Of a stretch of DNA of 5,068 nucleotides, positions 1-5,068 are shown in pieces; the stretch's first letter is position 1; each line of letters starts with the position of its first letter. The position numbers and the translations under genes were made by a program. This DNA is from Zygophlyctis sp. KS116 (lineage: Eukaryota; Fungi; Chytridiomycota): NCBI GenBank assembly GCA_054661495.1, contig BAAFSQ010000504.1:1-5068 (forward strand), read 5' to 3'. The notes beneath the pieces are model-generated. The model did no database searches. It was not told the DNA's origin and was given only the letters and a program-made list of their open reading frames with translations.

Positions 1-56
1 ACAGATTCCAAAAACTTTTCAAATGGCGAATCATCATTAGCTAATGCTGTCGACAT
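1..56 (-). CDS. N-terminal fragment of a divergently transcribed gene running off the left edge (MSTALANDDSPFEKFLES...), product unknown
   Basis: ATG at 56-54 on the - strand in an A-rich context (AAAAAAAATAAGAAAATGT). The frame is open for 18 codons to the window edge. Too short to assign a family. Confidence 0.5.
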   Translation of the reverse strand, partial: MSTALANDDSPFEKFLES

Positions 57-80
57 TTTCTTATTTTTTTTGAAAGAGAA

Positions 81-160
81 GGCTGGCTGATTACGGAAAT
101 AATAGCATGGGGCTGGTTACTGTGAGTAATAAATAGCATGGGGCTGGTAATACGGAGATA
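81..160. repeat. Degenerate ~30-31 bp tandem repeat (about 2.6 copies) with an exact 17-bp core AATAGCATGGGGCTGGT
   Basis: Exact 17-mer at 101-117 and 132-148. GGCTGG recurs at 81, 111 and 142. TACGGA follows copies 1 and 3 (92-97, 151-156). Confidence 0.8.
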
Positions 161-226
161 TAACGACGATCAGTAACATCGCGAATTTAAACCGTGAGTT
201 ATGCCATGGTCGTTTGAATTCGATCT

Positions 227-537
227 AATGAATCAGAAAAATGAATCATTATTGATGAAGGAATTATGTATCTTGTCTCGTATAATAGAGGAAAGCAATT
301 CTTAAATCAATGACGGTGCATTATTATGTTATATTCCGAAGGAATCTGTGACGTAACCAAATTAATATTCCGCCACATGACGTAATGGAGCTATGACATC
401 ATAGAACAGAATCATGAAAGTGAGATTCTATCACTAATTTTCATTTTGTGTTTTAAGAGGGATTACACGATGTAAAGCTTTACAATCATGAAAGATTTAG
501 AAAGTGGAATATAAATTTTGGTAGGAATGATTCATTT
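227..537. promoter_or_regulatory. Putative bidirectional promoter with bZIP-like sites
   Basis: Lies between divergent ATGs at 56 and 701. CRE/ATF-like TGACGTAA at 349-356 and 378-385. Near-palindrome CTATGA-CA-TCATAG at 391-404. AP-1-like AATGAATCA at 227-235 and 240-248, with its inverse AATGATTCATT at 526-536. Function is inferred only. Confidence 0.4.
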
Positions 538-700
538 AAAATAATTTTTCTTTAAAACTAAATCGATCCATGAGGAATCATATCCTAATTAATAAGCAAA
601 TGGGTTTGAATTGAATCAGCCAGTTGTACATCTGTATTGTTTAAAAAAACATGCGCGTCCAACAAAGTTGCGAAAAAACGTCGTCGACGTCGGAAGATTA

Positions 701-2137
701 ATGGAGAGAGCAGTCGATGAGTTTGGATTCTTTTTAGATTCCAGAGATGCCAATCCGGCTACTAACTCTAAAAATAAAAATTGGGAAACTGATTGGCTTC
801 TCTTCCTGCAAACAGGAAATTGGAATCAAACACAACTCAAGAAAATGTGTCGGCAAGGAATCCCTGATTCTCTAAGAGCTCAAGTCTGGATGAAACTGGC
901 TAATGCTGATCTGCAAAGAAGAGAGGGGCTTTACAAGGTATCATCTTGGGTTTTATAAAATTAGGAATATCTGCTAAAGGCTGCATTGGAGTTGGATCCA
1001 ATTACAAAAGATGTAATCGCTAGAGATTTGTCAAGGACTTTTCCAAGTATTTTTTCATGAATAATCTATTTAGATCATGTCATGTTTCATGATCCAAAAG
1101 GACAAGGAATTTTGAATCTAAAGGGAGTGTTAAGTGCCTATGCTGTGTATAATCCGATTGTTGGGTACTGTCAAGGGATGGGAATGGTAGTTGGGATCCT
1201 TTTGATGAGAATGGCTGCAGAAGATGCATTTTATTTGCTGGTTGCAATAGTTGATAGATATATGAAGGATTATTATTCTCCGGATTTATGTCAATTGCGA
1301 CAAGATGGGTTGGTTTTTGATCATTTATTACATAAGCATTCAAAAAGAGTCGCTAGAAAATTAGATCATCTTGGAATCGATCCTCTTATTTATTTAACTC
1401 AATGGTTTATGCCAATATTTACTGTTTCTCTGGCTTGGAGAGCAGTTTTAAGAGTATGGGACATGTTTTTTTGTGATGGAGTGAAAACGCTTCATAGAAT
1501 CGCTCTTGGTATAATGCATTTATCTCAAGGTATATTTTATACATTGATTATTTTAGACTACATAATTCATTCAGGAAATAATACTTCGGAAGTTTTAAAC
1601 TATTTATTGCATATTCCCAAGAATATGATTTCTCCAGATGAATTAATTGCTGCATCTTTGAAATTTAGAGTTACCAAAGTAGATATAGAACAAATTCGTC
1701 GAAAAATGGAGGAATTAGATCGCACAAAATCATCTCAATCAAGCTCTGCGTTGGGGACAAAGTCTAAATTCAATTTTGGTAAAAATTCTTTTTCGTTCCC
1801 AAAACCTTATAATGTATTTTTGAAAAGTTCAGAGTCTGTTGCAAAGTCTCCGGATTCTGATTTCTCAATTCCCAATGATAAATTATGCGAAACTATTGAT
1901 CAAAAAATTTCAATTGAAAAAGTAAAGATTTCAAATCAATCCCATCCTCACTGTGGAACCGAAAATGAAACCATCTTCAGAATCAGTACAAGTTCGTCTC
2001 CTGAGAATCAGACTATTGTTACGGATGGAATAGAAGGTAACAGACAAGACTACAGAAGACCAACCTTTGAAGATTATGTATCATCTTCAAATAATAGTTC
2101 CGACGCTCAAATTATAGATCAATCTTTTGGGTCTTAA
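701..2137 (+). CDS. TBC (Tre-2/Bub2/Cdc16) domain Rab GTPase-activating protein, TBC1D10/EPI64-like; join(701..937,965..1046,1074..1529,1557..2137), 451 aa
   Basis: The spliced product has the canonical TBC motifs: RQGIPDSLRAQVW, the arginine finger VIARDLSRTFP (in exon 2, absent from the ORF track), the glutamine finger GYCQGM, YLTQWF, and LRVWDMFFCDGVK. A Ser-rich low-complexity tail follows. Three 27-nt GT-AG introns join the pieces in frame. Subfamily is judged from remembered motif similarity, not a search. Confidence 0.93.
938..964 (+). other. TBC gene intron 1, 27 nt, phase 0
   Basis: GTATCATCTTGGGTTTTATAAAATTAG. Contains an in-frame TAA (956-958). Removal gives GLYK|EYLLK leading into the R-finger motif. 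Confidence 0.92.
1047..1073 (+). other. TBC gene intron 2, 27 nt, phase 1
   Basis: GTATTTTTTCATGAATAATCTATTTAG. Contains an in-frame TGA (1058-1060). Removal restores RTFP-N-HVMF, the typical TBC RTFPxHxxF. Confidence 0.94.
1530..1556 (+). other. TBC gene intron 3, 27 nt, phase 1, in frame and stop-free
   Basis: GTATATTTTATACATTGATTATTTTAG. Same length, GTA start, TTAG end and T-richness as the other introns. Removal changes LSQGIFYTLIILDYII to LSQDYII. Confidence 0.8.
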
Positions 2138-2170
2138 TATTTCTATTTGATCAAAAACTATCATCTCCTA

Positions 2171-4437
2171 CTACAAGAAAATTTGCTTCATATCTAACTG
2201 GCCAAAGGGGAGGGAACATGAAGGACACTTTCTCTGCCGAGAATTATACATATCATCTAAACATTCTTTGCTTGAATATTAGTTAATTGAAAATACCAAA
2301 AAACGTGCATACATTTCAGCAAGACGTGTGACTTGAAACGATTATTGCAAGAGCTGCACTTGAGGAGAAGCTAATAATAAGATCATAAACTTTAATTACC
2401 TTGTAATCTTGTAGTTGCTCTCTTAAATTGGCGTCGCCGTCTTTGTTCAGTATGTCCAATTTCTTTGTCAATGAAGCTACTTGTTCCTGTACTTTAAGCT
2501 TAGCAGCTGATTCTGACTCTAGCGCTTCGGATCTGGACCGGACAAGCGACAGCATCTAAAATTAAGCCTTATAAAGTGTACATTTTCACATCTCTGATTG
2601 ATTTCACTATTTTGGGCTTCAGATGAGCTGATCTGTGACATTAATTCTGAAACCTTTAATTTTTCATCCTCCAATAATCGACCACGAGCAGCATTCTCTT
2701 TTTCAAACGCCACGAGTTGCTCAGAAACTGCCTTTTCCCGTTCTTGCTGCTTAATTATCATTTCGGATTGTTTCTCGCACTGCTTTTTTAAAGCAATTCT
2801 AGCATTATCAACTGTTGCAGATTGTCGTGATAAAAGCGAGCATTTCTGTTCTAATTTTAGTTTCTAAAACTTTATCTAATAATCATCTTACATCTTCCTT
2901 GTGCTTAATTTTCAATTCTTCAATTGAGGACAAATTGAGAATTTTCTTGGTATTTTGAGCCTCTAAATCAGCCCAGGATTTTCCCAAGTTCTCAATTTCT
3001 TTTAGTAATCCAGATTGAGCCTTACATTAGTGAAAAATACAAAATTACTTTGTTGAAGTATTCGACTTTATTCTTTAATTCCATTATTTCTTGATCCTTT
3101 GATTGTAAAGATGACACTGACTCTGATTCAGAATATTTAGTATATTGTGAGTTGACTTTTTCCAGGTCTTCAATCCTTCTCAAGTATTTTTTCTCTGTTT
3201 CTAACCAAGATAGCTGCTGTTCAGACAAAGAAGGATTCTCCAAAGCAGCCAAAACCCTTTCCAAATCTGCAATTTTATTCTGTGATACTTCAAGTTGATC
3301 TTTCCAATATTTAATTGGATTTTCACATCCCTGTTCTCTAAAAAATTCTTCCAGTACTTTATCTCCACTTTCATGAGAGACCAAACCCAATAAACGAGAA
3401 ATATCCATTTCCAGTGTTTGGATGCGCTCCTAATACAATTACTTTTTAAAAATTACTCTTTGGCAATTCATTAAAACCTTTAGTTCTTGATTTACTTTTG
3501 ACTCTTCTCCATCCTTTACACATTTTAAATCGTACTTGTGTTTAAAAGAATCTCTTTCTTTTCTAAGCCTTGCATTATCTCCTTCTATTTTCTTAAAATC
3601 TGAAATTATTTTTTTCCGTTTCTCTTGTTCTTGCTTAATTATTGTTCCTTGAAATTCCCGTTCTTTCCCTTCCAACTCCTGTATTTTATCTAAACTCTTT
3701 AAATATTTATCCTTGTTAACTTGAACCTCTTGTTTCAACTCCCTGACCACCTCTTCCAACTTTGAAATTTTGTTTTTTTCACCTTGATTTAGAATTTCTT
3801 TTGCAGATAAATCTGTAATTGTTTGAGCCAAATTCTTTTTTTCTTGAATCACACTTTCTAAACTCTCTTGTTTTATTTTTAAATCTTCTTTTAGAGATTC
3901 TAATTCTTGTAATATTTTTTTATCAGTAATTTCTGAATTGACTGATAAATTATCCTTTTCCTTTTCAGACTGATTATCAAGTGATGCATTTTTATCAGTA
4001 TTAGTCTTGATTGAAGAAGATATCCTTGATCTATCTATTTTCCTATTTAATTTCAAGTTTTCAGAGAAAAATTCCTGATTCTTCCTAATCAACTCTTCAT
4101 TTTCTCTTTCTAGACGCAAAACCTTTTGTTGTAAAGTAGATGATCGATCAAAATCTTCTTTTGAGCTTAAAACAGATTTCTTAAATTCCTCAAAATTTGA
4201 AATTTCCTTCAAGTTTCTAAAATCGTTGAGATTTCCAATAGTCAAGACCTGCGCCAATATTCCTTCCATTTCTTCGAAATTTTCTCTTAGCGATTGAGAC
4301 ACATTAATTTCCAGAGAATATAATCGCTTGTATTCCAAACATTGCCTGTAAATTGCAGATTTCTGAAAGGTTAAAACTTGATCTAAAGTATCTGCAGGCT
4401 CATGTTCAATGTCATGAGCAGATAATCCAATCTCCAT
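2171..4437 (-). CDS. BRE1: E3 ubiquitin-protein ligase BRE1 (histone H2B monoubiquitination); complement(join(2171..2270,2297..2370,2400..2555,2582..2863,2892..3020,3049..3429,3457..4437)), 700 aa
   Basis: N-terminal fungal Bre1 motif FQKSAIYRQCLEYKR, then a long E/K/L/Q-rich coiled coil (RIQTLEMDISRL; EIENLGKSWADLEAQNTKK). The spliced C-terminus is a C3HC4 RING typical of Bre1/RNF20/RNF40: LLLKCSSCNNRFKSHVLLKCMHVFCKECLDDMYNSRQRKCPSCSLPFGQLDMKQIFL*. Stop TAG at 2173-2171 is followed by a second TAG. Confidence 0.94.
2271..2296 (-). other. BRE1 intron 6, 26 nt, phase 2
   Basis: GTATTTTCAATTAACTAATATTCAAG with a CTAAT branch-like motif. It splits the TG|C codon of a RING cysteine (HVFC-KEC). 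Confidence 0.95.
2371..2399 (-). other. BRE1 intron 5, 29 nt, phase 0
   Basis: GTAATTAAAGTTTATGATCTTATTATTAG. Removal gives LQDYK|LLLKCSSC, entering the RING. Confidence 0.94.
2556..2581 (-). other. BRE1 intron 4, 26 nt, phase 0
   Basis: GTACACTTTATAAGGCTTAATTTTAG. Joins QRCEN|MLSLV and accounts for the frame change between ORFs 2519-2761 and 2316-2555. Confidence 0.9.
2864..2891 (-). other. BRE1 intron 3, 28 nt, phase 0
   Basis: GTAAGATGATTATTAGATAAAGTTTTAG. Joins KHKED|KLKLEQK. Confidence 0.9.
3021..3048 (-). other. BRE1 intron 2, 28 nt, phase 0
   Basis: GTAATTTTGTATTTTTCACTAATGTAAG with CTAAT. Joins EYFNK|AQSGLLKEIE. Confidence 0.9.
3430..3456 (-). other. BRE1 intron 1, 27 nt, phase 0
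   Basis: GTAATTTTTAAAAAGTAATTGTATTAG. Contains an in-frame TAA (3441-3439). Joins MNCQR|ERIQTLEMD. Confidence 0.91.
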
Positions 4438-4666
4438 CTATCCACTAACCCCTTTCTTTCCAACGGATCTCCCTATCAAACAACCTAGGCAGCACCTACG
4501 GCAATGACTGATTTAACACACGCAGACCTTGACTAATCAGACAAATCTGTAAGAGAAAAATGAAGAGGTAAGTGATCACAACTAAAGCCAAGAGAAAATA
4601 ATACAAGCTTCTATGATGCAAACAAGAAAATTATATTTCATTCCTCTATATACTTGATGGCAATCT

Positions 4667-4747
4667 TGATCATGAAGAGCAGATCTGGTTGGTTCAATGT
4701 TTAGGAATTATGTCAAGAGACTATTGTACTCATTCACTGACCGATCA
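4667..4747 (+). ncRNA. Candidate box C/D snoRNA with an 18S rRNA-antisense guide
   Basis: Box C-like ATGAAGA at 4672-4678 (one mismatch to RTGATGA) and box D CTGA at 4737-4740. Terminal complementarity TGATC (4667-4671) / GATCA (4743-4747). ATTGTACTCATTC (4723-4735), one nt before box D, is complementary to GAAUGAGUACAAU, a conserved 18S segment recalled from fungal rRNA. No clear C'/D' boxes. Confidence 0.45.
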
Positions 4748-4817
4748 TAAGTATGGATCTAATAATAAATTACTCTATTTTTCAATAATCATCATACGTT
4801 ATAACAATTATATGCAT

Positions 4818-4885
4818 GCCGCTATTTTTGATTACAGGCCGCATAAACTGAGAGGGAGCCGCAAACAGCCGTATGCATTGCCGCA
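4818..4885 (+). promoter_or_regulatory. Cluster of five GCCG(C/T)(A/T) motifs upstream of the ATG at 4942
   Basis: GCCGCT at 4818, GCCGCA at 4838, GCCGCA at 4858, GCCGTA at 4868, GCCGCA at 4880. All have the same orientation in an AT-rich background. Confidence 0.45.
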
Positions 4886-4941
4886 TCTCCTATCAAAAAA
4901 TTTCAAAAACCAATTCTCCTCAAAAGTTCTTTCTTTCAACA

Positions 4942-5068
4942 ATGATCATTTCAATCAAATCACTTCAACTGTTCTATTTGGCTTTGGCCGTAGGATTTGC
5001 TTCTGCTGTTACCAACAATGATTTCATCGCATTAAAAGTAAAACTGAAGGAATACATTGCCCAGCAGC
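4942..5068 (+). CDS. N-terminal fragment of a secreted or secretory-pathway protein running off the right edge
   Basis: ATG at 4942 (CAACAATG, A at -3) after a G-poor leader. The frame is open to the edge: MIISIKSLQLFYLALAVGFASA|VTNNDFIALKVKLKEYIAQQ. It has a basic n-region, a hydrophobic h-region and an A-S-A cleavage motif. Confidence 0.75.
   Translation, partial: MIISIKSLQLFYLALAVGFASAVTNNDFIALKVKLKEYIAQQ

Noticed and set aside
101-148. CRISPR-like repeat-spacer-repeat
   Set aside because: Only two 17-bp copies with a 14-bp gap, no cas genes, and a eukaryotic context.
239-537. MITE bounded by the 12-bp inverted repeat
   Set aside because: The repeat is short, AT-rich and itself pseudo-palindromic. 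There is no convincing target-site duplication, and copy number cannot be assessed from this window.
611-700. N-terminal extension of ORF 611-958 from a TTG start
   Set aside because: This is a eukaryotic locus. The first in-frame ATG is at 701 and TBC-like sequence (DEFGF) begins right after it. The ORF's VSSWVL* end is intron 1 read-through.
1080-1343. 87-aa minus-strand ORF
   Set aside because: Antisense shadow of the conserved TBC exon 3, with no recognisable motif.
2078-2117. Extra intron starting GTATCATCTT, identical to the first 10 nt of TBC intron 1
   Set aside because: The available AGs give 20 or 40 nt, outside the 26-29 nt range, and both shift the frame. The unspliced frame is open to the stop at 2137.
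2598-2867. 89-aa plus-strand ORF
   Set aside because: Antisense to BRE1 exon 4. Its S/F/C-rich composition is what the reverse complement of E/K/Q codons produces.
938-3456. Pseudogenes, programmed frameshifts or stop-codon reassignment as the cause of the broken ORFs
   Set aside because: Every stop and frame change falls within a 26-29 nt GTA...AG segment whose removal restores the frame. Exons have no internal stops, Gln uses CAA/CAG, Trp uses TGG, and the genes end in TAA and TAG. A ciliate-type code is therefore not indicated.
4438-4464. 27-nt GT...TAG segment on the - strand directly before the BRE1 ATG
   Set aside because: The length fits, but it begins GTTGG rather than GTA and is G-rich, unlike the nine introns. 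The upstream frame reaches TAA without an ATG. A 5' UTR intron is not excluded but is unsupported.
4689-5021. 110-aa plus-strand ORF
   Set aside because: Non-ATG start and no protein-like motifs. It crosses the snoRNA candidate and the motif array, and overlaps the better-supported signal-peptide frame at 4942.
5058-5068. TGCCCAGCAGC resembling the SSU rRNA GTGCCAGCAGCC motif
   Set aside because: The match is imperfect and is simply the Ala-Gln-Gln codons of the open frame from 4942. The flanking sequence is not rRNA-like.

Overview
AT-rich eukaryotic genomic DNA with the standard genetic code, most likely from an early-diverging fungus (inferred from the fungal-type Bre1 N-terminal motif). 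The fragmented ORF track is explained by nine very short GT-AG introns of 26-29 nt. After splicing, the window holds two complete convergent genes. The + strand gene is a TBC-domain Rab GTPase-activating protein (TBC1D10/EPI64-like, 701-2137, 4 exons, 451 aa). The - strand gene is the histone H2B E3 ubiquitin ligase BRE1 (4437-2171, 7 exons, 700 aa, C-terminal C3HC4 RING). Their stop codons are only 33 nt apart. Each edge carries the start of a divergently oriented gene: 56->1 on the - strand, and 4942->end on the + strand with a signal peptide. The most notable observations are the uniform ~27-nt introns with minimal splice signals, one stop-free in-frame intron hidden inside the long ORF, and a candidate box C/D snoRNA at ~4667-4747 whose 13-nt guide is antisense to a conserved 18S rRNA segment. 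Both divergent intergenic regions also contain patterned motif arrays.
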